Shown: in pieces, positions 35,101-44,117 of the stretch | Layout: every line of letters begins with the position of its first letter | Position numbering within the stretch: position 1 is the first letter of the stretch | Virus record (IMG/VR): IMGVR_UViG_3300036770_004625 | Span: 1-59,703 of that record | Direction: 5' to 3' (one strand) | Source: a virus | Lineage: Duplodnaviria > Caudoviricetes | DNA: 59,703 nucleotides | Made by a program: the position numbers and the translations under genes | The notes under the pieces: model-generated | The model's input: only the letters and a program-made list of their open reading frames with translations | What the model was told of the DNA's origin: nothing | Databases searched by the model: none

Positions 35101-35944
35101 AACGTATGCAAGTACGTTGATGCCAGATACAACAGATCCGTTTAGCAGATCAGGGCAAGTTCTTGAGACGGGGGCATCAAGGCTTGACATATTGAACGCC
35201 TTGGTCCGTGACACGCCTGCCTTTGACGAAGCGATCAGGAAAGGCCAGCCGGTCTACTCATTGGATTCCAATGTTTTGTGGGACCAAGAGTTCAGTCCCT
35301 TTGACATGAGGGACATCACAGAATACGCGGCAACCCTGACGCCTGCGCAGTTGCAAAAAGCTACATTTGCGGACTTAGTCGTTGGGGCTGAGGGTAATTG
35401 GACAAATATCTCTAATCCAAAAACAATTTTGAATCGAATGGAAAAGGGGCGTCCAGTTACTCCAGATCAAGCGCTTTTGGGGGTTACCAAAACTCAGTAC
35501 AACGTTCCGTTGAAGAATTCAGCCCTGGGTAAAAACAAAGAGGTAGCAGGTTGGTATGAGATTACGAGCGCAGACGGCATGAAGGCGGAAGGTTTGATGG
35601 CGCAACATTGCATCAAGCAGCCTAGCTATTACAATCAATACCTTGATGGGCAGTCAAAGTTCTTTACTCTGCGGGATTCTCAGGGATATCCTAAGCTGAC
35701 CATTCAAATGTTGAACACAAGTCAAGGGCGTCCTGGGATTCCAAGCAGTAGTCTCCCCGGATCTGATTTCAGGACGGTTGCCCAGATAAAAGGAAACTTT
35801 AACAGCGCAGATGCGGAAATGTTTGCAGACGAAGTGGACAGTTTCTTCCGCAATTACATGCGAGAGAATAATGTAGACAAATTGGACATCACCGAGGATT
35901 ACGAGTACCTCACTCCCGCCCTACGTGGCGAAGAGCCACTATAA
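32159..35944 (+). CDS. Large virion protein: N-terminal lambda-R-type lysozyme, C-terminal PcfJ-like domain (1261 aa)
   Basis: FLDFLGKAEG, STAAGKYQI, DFSPQSQD, WASLP..PY.Q; C-terminal EG.MAQHCI...FTLRD..G.PKLTI...QIKG.FN. Confidence 0.8.
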   Translation: MQTPVPNPNAKPVMPSTDSDTRPTDQNLQKFLDFLGKAEGADYNVIVGGKKFQDFSKHPSVVGLRTKEGPSTAAGKYQITKTTYDDYAPKLGITDFSPQSQDRIAIELIRRKGALEDVQKGDFRSAIDKLGSTWASLPSSPYTQPKRGWDFAETTLGVPLGERTQIAKAATQTQKATKGVSPSAKKPMKLASLDTLPTSYRTALALNFLADSDPEDEVMSKAIEVLRTTQEDSERGAPAGAATLQKYIKSQKPVDPFQFVAREEEPQQRMRPPAIRRMAQGGLVYRQAGSPHQGERSLNEVPQIGPDGRVLLPTPKPEPELSLAEKARGLLETGATIATGAVAAPIAAVTGLARGKNINEANVEAGKVMEALTYMPRTAAGREYLQQFGKAMQESKLDALLPQAQLLNVRVAPGAARYLGEQAKGKVEEAVMPGLREKAGDPNLTPEQVYDAMLGKPSEVLAGASASYATRPLGTRADVTGDVYQAAKVSQRYAEEASLEADDYVRILQRELGNTNNSLTEMNTALAEMQNMPIGQLREDPEKFARVTRRVEELQGQKSMLEGRIAKEADRAQVFGNFAPAIQTISDKAADYFSTTFGTVKDPLYKAFIDGRWTPKWMNEVEGGGISGDMQLNYERFIPLELKDLNPWTEPTAGMPNRPAVPAFGLTLDDLRAMARGETGTPLQQEQSQIALSKMYDALSDQTGEIISPYTDVGFFMNPEAKKLVVPVMQDAAEITLRNMKRAFTDQNLFDYAKKDGGRAADEALESMVSRMRRASSEASEEAKQRNEAMVQNFIGQVKDALNDFEVFDARTNANVDAFRSELRRKLNEENAGRRFDDDEYGWGERPGLETENVLDAFENHYLKTLKYYYDNHADPAAGKVTTTSDPKTVAMTKMLYELVGTPEMKKKSIKDIETDLRQAFGGKFKWRTSSIDMRTPEEVVMAEAMEAAHGSMADVYETFYNQVLEQQGAPTSALSFRRGKTYASTLMPDTTDPFSRSGQVLETGASRLDILNALVRDTPAFDEAIRKGQPVYSLDSNVLWDQEFSPFDMRDITEYAATLTPAQLQKATFADLVVGAEGNWTNISNPKTILNRMEKGRPVTPDQALLGVTKTQYNVPLKNSALGKNKEVAGWYEITSADGMKAEGLMAQHCIKQPSYYNQYLDGQSKFFTLRDSQGYPKLTIQMLNTSQGRPGIPSSSLPGSDFRTVAQIKGNFNSADAEMFADEVDSFFRNYMRENNVDKLDITEDYEYLTPALRGEEPL

Positions 35945-35953
35945 GGAAAGACA

Positions 35954-38326
35954 ATGCCAAAGCCATCAAATATTGAAAAAGCAATCTACGGGTCACCGGA
36001 GGAGGTGGACGTGATTGTGGAAGAGGAAGAAGAGGTCGAGGTTCCTGAGGAAATCGAGATCGTCCTCGACGCCGATGGTGGGGCGACGATCAATATGGGT
36101 GAGCCAGAGAAAGAGCTGGGCGACACCAAGCATTACGAGAATCTTGCAGCCAAACTGGAAGATGACGAGTTAGCTCAAATTTCTGAGCACATTTTGGCTA
36201 TGTTGGATGCGGATACCAGCAGCCGCCAGGAGTGGGAGCAGACGTATTCCCAGGGCATGAAGCTTTTGGGCTTCCAATTGGAAGAGAAGACCAAGCCTTT
36301 CCGTGGTGCGTCCAGTGCGATGGTTCCGTTGATCACGGAAGCCATTCTTCAGTTTACGGCTCAGGCTATGAAAGAGCTCATGCCCTCGAGCGGGCCCGTG
36401 CGCACACAGGTGGTTGGCAAGAAGACCCGTGCGCGCGAGATGCAGGCGGAGCGTGTCAAGGAGTTCATGAACTACCAGATCACGACGGTCATGAAGGAGT
36501 ACACCCCTGATTTTGACCAGATGCTCTGGTACGTGGGCTATGGTGGGTCGGCCTTTAAGAAGGTGTATTTCGACGAGAACAAGCGGCGGTGTGTGTCGCC
36601 CTTTATCACGCCGGACAACTTTGTCATGCCTTATCACGGCTCAAGCAATCCGTGGGAGAACGAGCGCTGTATTCAAATCGTTCCGATGTCCTCGAATGAG
36701 TTGCGCAAGCGTCAGGTCAATGGCACGTATTTGGATGTCGATGTTGCAATTCCAGCGTATCCCAATACCACGCAGATCCAGGAGTCCGAGAACCGTGTTT
36801 CGGGGTTCTCGCCCAATAGTGAGGATGTCGAGTACACCTTGCTTGAAGCTTACATTGAGTTGGAAATCCCTGGTGACTCGAAGGATGGGGTCAAGAAGCC
36901 TTACATCGTCACGGTGGACAAGGACACTGGCACGGTGTTATCGATCTATCGCAACTGGGGCGAGGACGATGAGACGTGTTGCCCGGAGCAGTATTTCGTG
37001 CATTACATGTTCCTGCCCGGTCCTGGCTGTATGGGTTATGGCCTTGTCCACATCATTGGTGGACTAAACAAGGCGGCGACAGCTGCATTGCAACAACTTT
37101 TGGATGCGGGGACGTTGTCGAATTTGCCTGCCGGATTCAAGGCCAGGGGCTTACGGATTGCGGACGATGACAAGCCATTGCAACCGGGTGAATTTAGGGA
37201 CATTGATGCGGGTGGTGCGGAGCTATCGAGTGCTTTATTGCCGCTGCCGTACAAGGAGCCCAGCCAGACGTTGTTTGTGTTGCTGGGATTCTGTATTGAT
37301 GCAGGGCGCAGGGTTGCCAGCATTGCCGACATGCAGGTTGGGGATGGCAATCAGCAGGCAGCGGTGGGAACGACGATTGCGCTTTTAGAGCGTGGGTCGA
37401 TGATCATGTCTGGCATTCACAAGCGGCTGCATTATGCGCAGAAGCTTGAGTTTGAGTTGATGGCCAAGTGCTTTCACAAGTATTTGCCTGACGAGTACCC
37501 GTATGACGTCATTGGTGGGGACCGGACGATTAAGCGGGAAGACTTTGATGATCGGGTGGACATTGTTCCGGTGGCCGACCCCAATATTTTCTCGGCGGCG
37601 CAGCGTATTGCTATGGCGCAGGCTCAGTTGGAGTTAGCCAAGAGTGCGCCTCAGATCCACAACATGTATGAAGCGTATCGGAGGATGTATGAGGCTTTGG
37701 GAACAAAGGATGTGGACTCGATTCTCAAACCGGATGATACGCAGAACCCCAAACCTAAGGATCCTGCTTCCGAAAATGCGGACGCGATTGATGGAAAAGA
37801 GCTTAAAGCTTTTGCTGGTCAGCAGCATGATGCGCATATTGTTTCCCATTTGATTCAGGGCATGTCTCCGGTTCTTCAGGCCAATCCATTTGGCGCGTCA
37901 AATATGACGAAGCATATTTTGGAGCACATTCGGATTAAGGCAGAGGAGCAAGTGGAGGCTCAGAACTTTAAAACCTATGGGGTGGAAGCCAGCAGCATGG
38001 TGTCGGACATTCAAAAAGAGGCTCAGGTTGCAATGCTCGTAGCGCAAGGCATGGCGGAGTTGCGTCAGCTCTCGTCACAACTTGCAGGAGAAGGTCCTGA
38101 TCCGTTGGTGCAGTTGAAAGAGAAGGAATTGGCTCTGCGTCAGGCTGACTCTCAGGCCAAGGCGCAGGAAACGCAGGCAAGAATGGGCCTTGAGCAGGCA
38201 AGACTGCAACAAGATGCTCAAGAATCGCAGGCAAAACTGGCGCAAAACCAGCAGATTGCGAGTGAGAAGGCTGCAATTGCTCGGGAGCGTCTTGACATCA
38301 TGGAAAGGGGCCAAAATGCCGCTTAA
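35954..38326 (+). CDS. Portal protein
   Basis: SRQEWE, GSAFKKVYFD, QLLDAGTLSNLPAGFKARG, VPVADPN, C-terminal coiled-coil barrel; lies between terL and the capsid genes. Confidence 0.9.
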   Translation: MPKPSNIEKAIYGSPEEVDVIVEEEEEVEVPEEIEIVLDADGGATINMGEPEKELGDTKHYENLAAKLEDDELAQISEHILAMLDADTSSRQEWEQTYSQGMKLLGFQLEEKTKPFRGASSAMVPLITEAILQFTAQAMKELMPSSGPVRTQVVGKKTRAREMQAERVKEFMNYQITTVMKEYTPDFDQMLWYVGYGGSAFKKVYFDENKRRCVSPFITPDNFVMPYHGSSNPWENERCIQIVPMSSNELRKRQVNGTYLDVDVAIPAYPNTTQIQESENRVSGFSPNSEDVEYTLLEAYIELEIPGDSKDGVKKPYIVTVDKDTGTVLSIYRNWGEDDETCCPEQYFVHYMFLPGPGCMGYGLVHIIGGLNKAATAALQQLLDAGTLSNLPAGFKARGLRIADDDKPLQPGEFRDIDAGGAELSSALLPLPYKEPSQTLFVLLGFCIDAGRRVASIADMQVGDGNQQAAVGTTIALLERGSMIMSGIHKRLHYAQKLEFELMAKCFHKYLPDEYPYDVIGGDRTIKREDFDDRVDIVPVADPNIFSAAQRIAMAQAQLELAKSAPQIHNMYEAYRRMYEALGTKDVDSILKPDDTQNPKPKDPASENADAIDGKELKAFAGQQHDAHIVSHLIQGMSPVLQANPFGASNMTKHILEHIRIKAEEQVEAQNFKTYGVEASSMVSDIQKEAQVAMLVAQGMAELRQLSSQLAGEGPDPLVQLKEKELALRQADSQAKAQETQARMGLEQARLQQDAQESQAKLAQNQQIASEKAAIARERLDIMERGQNAA

Positions 38327-38555
38327 ATCTGGTAGCAGCAAGAAAACCGTGTCCTCCAACATCTCTGAGATGATGGGGTCGTACAAAAAAACTGGCAAGT
38401 TGGGCACCTCAAAGCCCAAATCCAAGAAAAAGGCTCAAAAGCAGGCTGTGGCTATTGCTTTGAGCAAAGCTCGGGAGGTTAAAACACCTTCAACAAAGTC
38501 TGGTGTGAGTTACGTTCTGCGTAAAGACGCCAAGAATAAGACTATGATTGCCTGA
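38316..38555 (+). CDS. Small basic protein (79 aa)
   Basis: MPLKSGSSKKTVSSNISE...KQAVAIALSKA pattern common in head modules. Confidence 0.75.
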   Translation: MPLKSGSSKKTVSSNISEMMGSYKKTGKLGTSKPKSKKKAQKQAVAIALSKAREVKTPSTKSGVSYVLRKDAKNKTMIA

Positions 38556-38556
38556 T

Positions 38557-38739
38557 ATGAATCCATTTGAAAAAATACTAAAGTTTATTCGCCAGCGGAG
38601 GGCTGAGTTGACTCAGGCCGTGGCCTCTGGGGGCGCTAAAAACATGGAGCATTACCGCCATTTGATTGGAAGTATCGAGGCGCTTGCCCTGGTAGAGGAC
38701 GAATTAAAGCAGATTTTGTCCGAAGTAGAAGAGCAGTAA
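38557..38739 (+). CDS. Small helical head-module protein
   Basis: G...MEHYR.LIG.I.AL helical-hairpin pattern, directly upstream of groES. Confidence 0.7.
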   Translation: MNPFEKILKFIRQRRAELTQAVASGGAKNMEHYRHLIGSIEALALVEDELKQILSEVEEQ

Positions 38740-38776
38740 ACGGGTTCGCGGACTCTTTCCGCGCAATAAAGGAGAT

Positions 38777-39220
38777 GTGATGGAAGAAATGACCGAACTT
38801 CAGAAGAAGTGGGCGAAAGAAATACAGGAGGAAGAGGAGCAAAAGAAAGATTCCATTGACCCGAACAAGATGGACGAGGGTGTTTTGGAGCGTATTCCGG
38901 TGCCAACAGGCTGGAGGATCGTGGTTCTTCCTTACAGGCCTCCTAATACCACTAAAAGTGGAATTGTTTTGGCTGAAAAGGCCGTCGAGAAACAGCAAGT
39001 TGCCACTGTTTGTGGGTATGTGGTGGAGGTTGGGCCACTGGCGTACAAAGACTCGGACAAATTTCCTGATGGTCCCTGGTGTCAGAAGGGGGACTGGGTG
39101 ATTTTTGCTCGATATGCGGGAGCTCGTATCAACATCGAAGGTGGTGAGATACGCATTCTTAATGACGACGAGATTCTGGCCCGAGTAAAGGATCCAGAAG
39201 ACGTCCTTCACATGGTTTAA
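38777..39220 (+). CDS. groES: GroES-like co-chaperonin
   Basis: PTGWRIVV, TKSGIVL, G.VVEVGP, GDWVIFARYAG, ILNDDEILA. Confidence 0.93.
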   Translation: MMEEMTELQKKWAKEIQEEEEQKKDSIDPNKMDEGVLERIPVPTGWRIVVLPYRPPNTTKSGIVLAEKAVEKQQVATVCGYVVEVGPLAYKDSDKFPDGPWCQKGDWVIFARYAGARINIEGGEIRILNDDEILARVKDPEDVLHMV

Positions 39221-39230
39221 GGAGGTTGCC

Positions 39231-40166
39231 ATGCCTAAAAATGCTCAGATGGAATTAGACATAGATGTACCAAACCCTGATGCTGAAGTGCCGGATAACG
39301 TCACGGAGCAGGATCAGGAAACAGAGGTCGTTTTAGAGGAAAAGGATGGGGAAACCGTAGCTGTGGTTGCGGAGGCCTCGGAAACTCCTGATCAAGGCGA
39401 CGAGAAAGAGCACGAAGAATACAGCGACAGAGTCAAAAAACGCATCGATAAGATGACGGCCAAGCTTCGCGAGGCAGAACGGCGCGAAAAGGCGGCTCTG
39501 GAGTATGCCCAGGGAGTGCAGGCTCAGCTGGCGCAAGCTCAGCAAAGAGCGCAAACCATGGACGAGAATTATGTGACGGAGGCCTCCGGGCGTATTAAGT
39601 CACAACTGGCGATCGTGGAAGCAAATCTGCAAGACGCTGTGGAACGTGGGGATGGAAAAGCGGCAGTTGAGGCCCAAAAAATGCTGGCTCAGCTGGTATT
39701 ACAGCAAGAGCGCATGAATGAGGCGGCTTCTAGGACTGCAGCGCAGCAAAAGATGCCTCAAATGCCCCAGCAGCCCGCACAGATCTATGCTCCGCCCCCT
39801 GCTCAGCCAAAACCAAGCCCTAAAGCTGAAGAATGGGCAGAGAAAAACGAGTGGTTTGGTGCGGATCAGGCCATGACTTATGCGGCTTTTGGCATCCATA
39901 ACCAGCTAAAAGACGAAGGGTTTGACTTATCGTCAGATGAGTATTACGATGAATTGAATCGGAGAATCCGAAAGGAATTCCCGCACAAATTCAAAAAACA
40001 GGACAACGTGCAAGTGAACGCCCCTACCGTTGCTCCTGCCACCCGTGGACAGAGTTCCGTTGGGACAAGTGGGCGCAGGACCGTCAAACTCACACCTAGT
40101 GAGGTGAGTATGGCAAGACGGCTAGGAGTTCCTTTGGAAGAGTACGCAAAGTACGTTAGGAGATAA
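39231..40166 (+). CDS. Capsid scaffolding protein
   Basis: Acidic N-terminus, VKKRIDKMT coiled coil, WAEKNEWFG, LT..E..MARRLGVPLEEYAK C-terminus. Confidence 0.75.
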   Translation: MPKNAQMELDIDVPNPDAEVPDNVTEQDQETEVVLEEKDGETVAVVAEASETPDQGDEKEHEEYSDRVKKRIDKMTAKLREAERREKAALEYAQGVQAQLAQAQQRAQTMDENYVTEASGRIKSQLAIVEANLQDAVERGDGKAAVEAQKMLAQLVLQQERMNEAASRTAAQQKMPQMPQQPAQIYAPPPAQPKPSPKAEEWAEKNEWFGADQAMTYAAFGIHNQLKDEGFDLSSDEYYDELNRRIRKEFPHKFKKQDNVQVNAPTVAPATRGQSSVGTSGRRTVKLTPSEVSMARRLGVPLEEYAKYVRR

Positions 40167-40168
40167 TC

Positions 40169-40645
40169 ATGGAAGATCAAGTTAAAGTTGACCGCAGTGC
40201 TCGTTCGGCTTCTGGCCGCAAGTCAGAGGATCGTCGGCGCCCATGGGCACCTCCTTCGCGCTTGGATGCTCCCGCAGCTCCCCCTGGATTTAAACATCGT
40301 TGGATTCGCGCAGAAGCGGGTGGTCAGGAAGATCGCAGCAATGTTGCTGGGAAACTTCGTGAAGGCTACGAACTTGTTCGTGGCGAAGAGCACCCTGAGT
40401 ATGTGGTTCCGACGGCCGAAGATGGTCGCCATGCCGGAGTAATCAAGGTTGGCGGACTGCTTTTGGCACGTATTCCAGAAGAGACTGTGGCGGAGCGCAA
40501 TGCCTACTACCAAGGGCGCACCCAAGATCAGCTTGAGGCTCTGGATAATGATTTGATGAAGGCCAATGCCCATTCAACAATGGTCATTAACCGTCCAGAT
40601 CGTTCTTCGAGAACCACTTTTGGCGGCCCTAAAGCCGACACTTAA
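40169..40645 (+). CDS. Conserved head-module protein (158 aa)
   Basis: W.PPS.LDAP..PPGFKHRWIR, GGLLLARIPEE; lies between scaffold and capsid. Confidence 0.75.
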   Translation: MEDQVKVDRSARSASGRKSEDRRRPWAPPSRLDAPAAPPGFKHRWIRAEAGGQEDRSNVAGKLREGYELVRGEEHPEYVVPTAEDGRHAGVIKVGGLLLARIPEETVAERNAYYQGRTQDQLEALDNDLMKANAHSTMVINRPDRSSRTTFGGPKADT

Positions 40646-40664
40646 CCTTTAAAGGACTTAAAAA

Positions 40665-41237
40665 ATGGCAAATTCCAACAATCCTTTTGGAATGCGCCCT
40701 CTAGGCAACCTCTCTGCCACGGGAGCGCAAAAGCAGTATGGGTATCTGATTAAAGAGGACTACGGCACGAATCTTTTCCAAGGCGACTTGGTACGTATCG
40801 TAGGTGGATACATTCAACTGGCTGTCGCTGACGCGGCTGCCGTGGGCGTATTCAATGGTGTCTTTTATGATGACCCTGTTACCGGCAAGCCCACTTGGTC
40901 AAACAAGTTTATTGCCAACGCAGCCTACACTGTAGACCTGCAAGCAGACATCCTTGACGATCCTAGCCAACTGTTCCTGATCCAGGCTGACAGTCAGGCA
41001 ATCGTTCAAGCTGACATCGGCGAAAACGTCAACATTACTCAGGGAACTGGCAGCACTACTACTGGACAATCAGGCATGACTACTACTGGCGCTCCTGATA
41101 CCACTGCTGGTAGAAACCTGAAAATTGTCGGTCTGTACGACGCACCGGGCAACGAACTTGGCGCTTATGCTCAACTCGTTGTGAAAATCAACAATCACAG
41201 CTACAGCAGTGGTGGTGTGGCTGGCGTGGCATCGTAA
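40665..41237 (+). CDS. Capsid decoration/cement-like protein
   Basis: MAN...PFGMRP, F.GD.V, GVF.G, DDP...F.IQ; immediately upstream of the major capsid gene. Confidence 0.7.
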   Translation: MANSNNPFGMRPLGNLSATGAQKQYGYLIKEDYGTNLFQGDLVRIVGGYIQLAVADAAAVGVFNGVFYDDPVTGKPTWSNKFIANAAYTVDLQADILDDPSQLFLIQADSQAIVQADIGENVNITQGTGSTTTGQSGMTTTGAPDTTAGRNLKIVGLYDAPGNELGAYAQLVVKINNHSYSSGGVAGVAS

Positions 41238-41249
41238 GGAGTCTGACAA

Positions 41250-42158
41250 ATGGCTATTTCCCGCGCACAACTAGTAAAAGAGCTTGAGCCCGGTCTCAAT
41301 GCCCTTTTCGGTTTGGAGTATCAAAACTACGAAAACGAGCATGCAGAGATTTATGACACCGAGTCTTCGGATCGTGCATTTGAAGAGGAAGTGATGCTCT
41401 CTGGCTTCGGCAACGCCCCAGTGAAAACTGAAGGCGCTGGCGTGGCTTACGACAACGCTCAGGAAGTCTATACCGCTCGCTATACCCACGAGACGATTGC
41501 TCTTGCATTCTCTCTGACGGAAGAGGCGGTGGAAGACAACCTGTATGACAAGCTTTCGGCTCGTTATACCAAGGCGCTTGCTCGTTCCATGGCTCAAACC
41601 AAGCAAATCAAGGCTGCTGCTGTTCTGAACGGCGCTTTCACCACCTCTCTCGGCGGTGACGGCAAGCCCTTGTGTGCTGACGATCACCCGACCCTGTCGG
41701 GCCCGGTCCTCAAGAACGAGTTGGCAGTCCCTGCTGACCTGTCTGAGACCTCTCTTGAGCAGATGCTGATCGACATCGCTGCGTTCACTGACGAGCGTGG
41801 CTTGAAGATCGCTGTTCAAGGTCTGAAGCTCATTATTCCTAAGGAACTCCAGTTCACGGCGGATCGCATCCTGAAGTCCACTCTGCGTGTTGGTACTGCA
41901 GACAACGACATCAACGCCATCCGTAACATGGGCATGGTTCCTCAGGGCTACGCTGTTAACCACTTCCTGACCGACCCGGATGCGTATTTCATTAAGACTG
42001 ACGCTCCCAACGGCATGAAGATGTTCCAGCGTGTGGGCATCAAGACGGCGTTTGAAGGCGACTTCGACACCGGCAACGTCCGTTACAAGGCTCGTGAGCG
42101 CTACAGCTTCGGCTTCAGCGATCCCCGTGGCATCTTCGGATCTCCCGGCGCAGCTTAA
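41250..42158 (+). CDS. Major capsid protein
   Basis: MAISRAQLVKELEPGLNALFG, SDRAFEEEV, EEAVEDNLY, DFDTGNVRYKARERYSFG; followed by a terminator. Confidence 0.93.
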   Translation: MAISRAQLVKELEPGLNALFGLEYQNYENEHAEIYDTESSDRAFEEEVMLSGFGNAPVKTEGAGVAYDNAQEVYTARYTHETIALAFSLTEEAVEDNLYDKLSARYTKALARSMAQTKQIKAAAVLNGAFTTSLGGDGKPLCADDHPTLSGPVLKNELAVPADLSETSLEQMLIDIAAFTDERGLKIAVQGLKLIIPKELQFTADRILKSTLRVGTADNDINAIRNMGMVPQGYAVNHFLTDPDAYFIKTDAPNGMKMFQRVGIKTAFEGDFDTGNVRYKARERYSFGFSDPRGIFGSPGAA

Positions 42159-42169
42159 AAAGCAGCAAG

Positions 42170-42197
42170 AAAAAGGGGGCGACAAGCCCCCTTTTTT
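42170..42197 (+). terminator. Intrinsic terminator after the major capsid gene
   Basis: A5-GGGGGC-GACAA-GCCCCC-T6. Confidence 0.9.
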
Positions 42198-42226
42198 GTC
42201 TTATTATTAAGGGACTAGGATTTTTA

Positions 42227-42279
42227 CCTGTACCGACTGACCTAGCAGACTTAGTAGAGACGGTACGGGGATGTGCTAC
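42227..42279 (+). ncRNA. Candidate structured 5' leader (stem-loop, possible pseudoknot)
   Basis: CCTGTACCG/CGGTACGGG and ACTGA/TTAGT stems; loop TAGCA complementary to TGCTA at 42274-42278. Confidence 0.35.
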
Positions 42280-42298
42280 TACACGAAAGGAGCCTTAA

Positions 42299-43009
42299 AT
42301 GGCCGTTCACTTTACAGGCCCAGTGCTATTCACGGGCAAAAACTCTCCTGGTCCTTGGTGGACCGATCAACCAGTTAGCAACAACGTTGACTATGTCAGC
42401 TACATGGACGACTTTACTGGAGTCGCCCTTGACTCGACCAATGATTGGACCGTGGTCAAAGACTCTGGAGCCACTGTTGCAATCGTTGCCGATACGGTCA
42501 ATGGTGAGGTCGCGATTACTTCTACTGCCACGACTGATGACGATGGTGGTTCGCTTCAAGGCAATGAGGTTTTCGCAGTTCAGACGGACAAGAGCATTTG
42601 GTTCGAGACCCGCATCAAATGTAATGATGCTGACCAGACCGATCTGTGCTTTGGACTGACGGTTAACTTTGCGACCAACCCTGAGGCCATGCTGACTGCA
42701 GCCGATCGTATCGTCTTCCAAGTCAATGATGGCAATGCCTCCATTCTGTGCAAGACCGAAAAGAATGGCACGGAGACCTCCACCGATTCCGGTATTGATC
42801 TTGCCGATGACACCTATGTTCGTCTTGGCTTTTGGGCCAACAGCACGGGTTCGGTTCAGTTCTTTATCGATCGTCAGCTTGTTGCAACGCACACAACCAA
42901 CATTCCTGACGATGAGAACCTTACCATCGGTGCAATGTCTGTAAGCGGGAGCGCCACCGGTACTCGGGTAACCACTATCGATTATCTGTTCTGCGCTGCT
43001 GACCGTTAA
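42299..43009 (+). CDS. Virion structural protein, probable beta-sandwich (236 aa)
   Basis: AAGGAG RBS; HFTGPV, DDF, Thr/Asp-rich strands. Confidence 0.7.
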   Translation: MAVHFTGPVLFTGKNSPGPWWTDQPVSNNVDYVSYMDDFTGVALDSTNDWTVVKDSGATVAIVADTVNGEVAITSTATTDDDGGSLQGNEVFAVQTDKSIWFETRIKCNDADQTDLCFGLTVNFATNPEAMLTAADRIVFQVNDGNASILCKTEKNGTETSTDSGIDLADDTYVRLGFWANSTGSVQFFIDRQLVATHTTNIPDDENLTIGAMSVSGSATGTRVTTIDYLFCAADR

Positions 43010-43021
43010 TAGGAGGTCATC

Positions 43022-43396
43022 ATGAGCTTTGCTAGTGATCTCCAGTCGGTAACCCGCGCGGGTGATGCACAGATGATCAATGGACGCACTCGCGTCCAGG
43101 CGATCTATTTTGTGAGCACCGGTGGCGCGGGTTATATCCGGCTTTATGACGGAGTGGACGATTCCACCGATCCGGTGACAACCATTGCTTCTCCGGCTTC
43201 AGTGGGGGCTACGGACTTGATCCTGCCGGACGCCGGTCTGTTGTTCAAGACCGGGGTTTATATGGATCTGAGCAACGTCACCAGCGTGACCTTGTACTTC
43301 TACGGTGGTGCAAGGGTCGATGTGGATGTTCCTGTGTCTGTCTCTGGTGTTTCAGGTTCTGGAACAGTAGCGCCTGTGACAGTGAGCACTCCGTAA
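43022..43396 (+). CDS. Virion structural protein (124 aa)
   Basis: GGAGG RBS; GRTRV..IY, IL.D.GLLF..GVY; VSVSGVSGSG tail. Confidence 0.7.
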   Translation: MSFASDLQSVTRAGDAQMINGRTRVQAIYFVSTGGAGYIRLYDGVDDSTDPVTTIASPASVGATDLILPDAGLLFKTGVYMDLSNVTSVTLYFYGGARVDVDVPVSVSGVSGSGTVAPVTVSTP

Positions 43397-43677
43397 TGGC
43401 CAAGGGCATGGGCATCAAGACATCGGTAAAGTCGGGCAATTTTCGCCCGACTAAAGCCGGTGCTGGCATGACCAAAAAGGGCGTGGAGGCTTATCGCCGC
43501 GCCAATCCTGGCTCTAAACTTCAAACGGCTGTGACTGAGGACAAGCCCACGGGAAAACGTGCGGCTCGTCGGAAGTCGTTTTGTGCTCGTTCAGCTGGGC
43601 AGATGAAGAAATTTCCAGAGGCCGCAAAAGATCCCAACAGCCGCATTCGACAGGCTAGAAAACGGTGGAAGTGCTAA
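43396..43677 (+). CDS. DUF6321-like small basic protein
   Basis: GMT.KG...YRRANPGSKLQTAVT, RRKSFCAR, DPNSR...ARKRWKC. Confidence 0.75.
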   Translation: MAKGMGIKTSVKSGNFRPTKAGAGMTKKGVEAYRRANPGSKLQTAVTEDKPTGKRAARRKSFCARSAGQMKKFPEAAKDPNSRIRQARKRWKC

Positions 43678-43929
43678 ATGGAAATGATGTTATGGAACAT
43701 CGTCCTTTCGGCGATAGTAGGCGTCATGGTGTTCATGCTTAAGGGCAAGTTCGATGAACTCCAGCGCATCAGCATCCTGCTGAATAAAACCAGGGAGGAA
43801 GTGGCTCGTGATCACATCACTCGTGCAGAAGTCAGGGCTGATTTGGAAAAAATTCGTGATCACTTTGACAACGGTTTCAAGCGTCTTGAAGACAAGATTG
43901 ATGACCTTGCTAGGGCGCAAAGAAGATAA
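43678..43929 (+). CDS. Membrane-anchored coiled-coil protein (83 aa)
   Basis: N-terminal TM helix followed by a heptad pattern. Confidence 0.7.
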   Translation: MEMMLWNIVLSAIVGVMVFMLKGKFDELQRISILLNKTREEVARDHITRAEVRADLEKIRDHFDNGFKRLEDKIDDLARAQRR

Positions 43930-43931
43930 CA

Positions 43932-44117
43932 ATGGCCAAGGCAACACCAACAAACCCAGCTAAATGGGCGGCCGCTAAGGCGAAAGCCAAGTCGAAATTT
44001 AAGGTGTACCCCTCTGCTTATGCCAATGCGTATGCGGCGAAGGAGTACAAAGCCGCTGGAGGTGGCTGGCGTGGTGGCAACAATAAAGTAGCTACGAAGA
44101 GGAAGAGTCGTGGCTAA
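43932..44117 (+). CDS. Small basic protein (61 aa)
   Basis: KSKFKVYPSAYAN...YK..GG.W motif. Confidence 0.75.
   Translation: MAKATPTNPAKWAAAKAKAKSKFKVYPSAYANAYAAKEYKAAGGGWRGGNNKVATKRKSRG

Noticed and set aside
41271-42185. 304-aa antisense ORF over the major capsid gene
   Set aside because: Typical shadow ORF from codon bias; no recognisable motifs; its start lies inside the terminator
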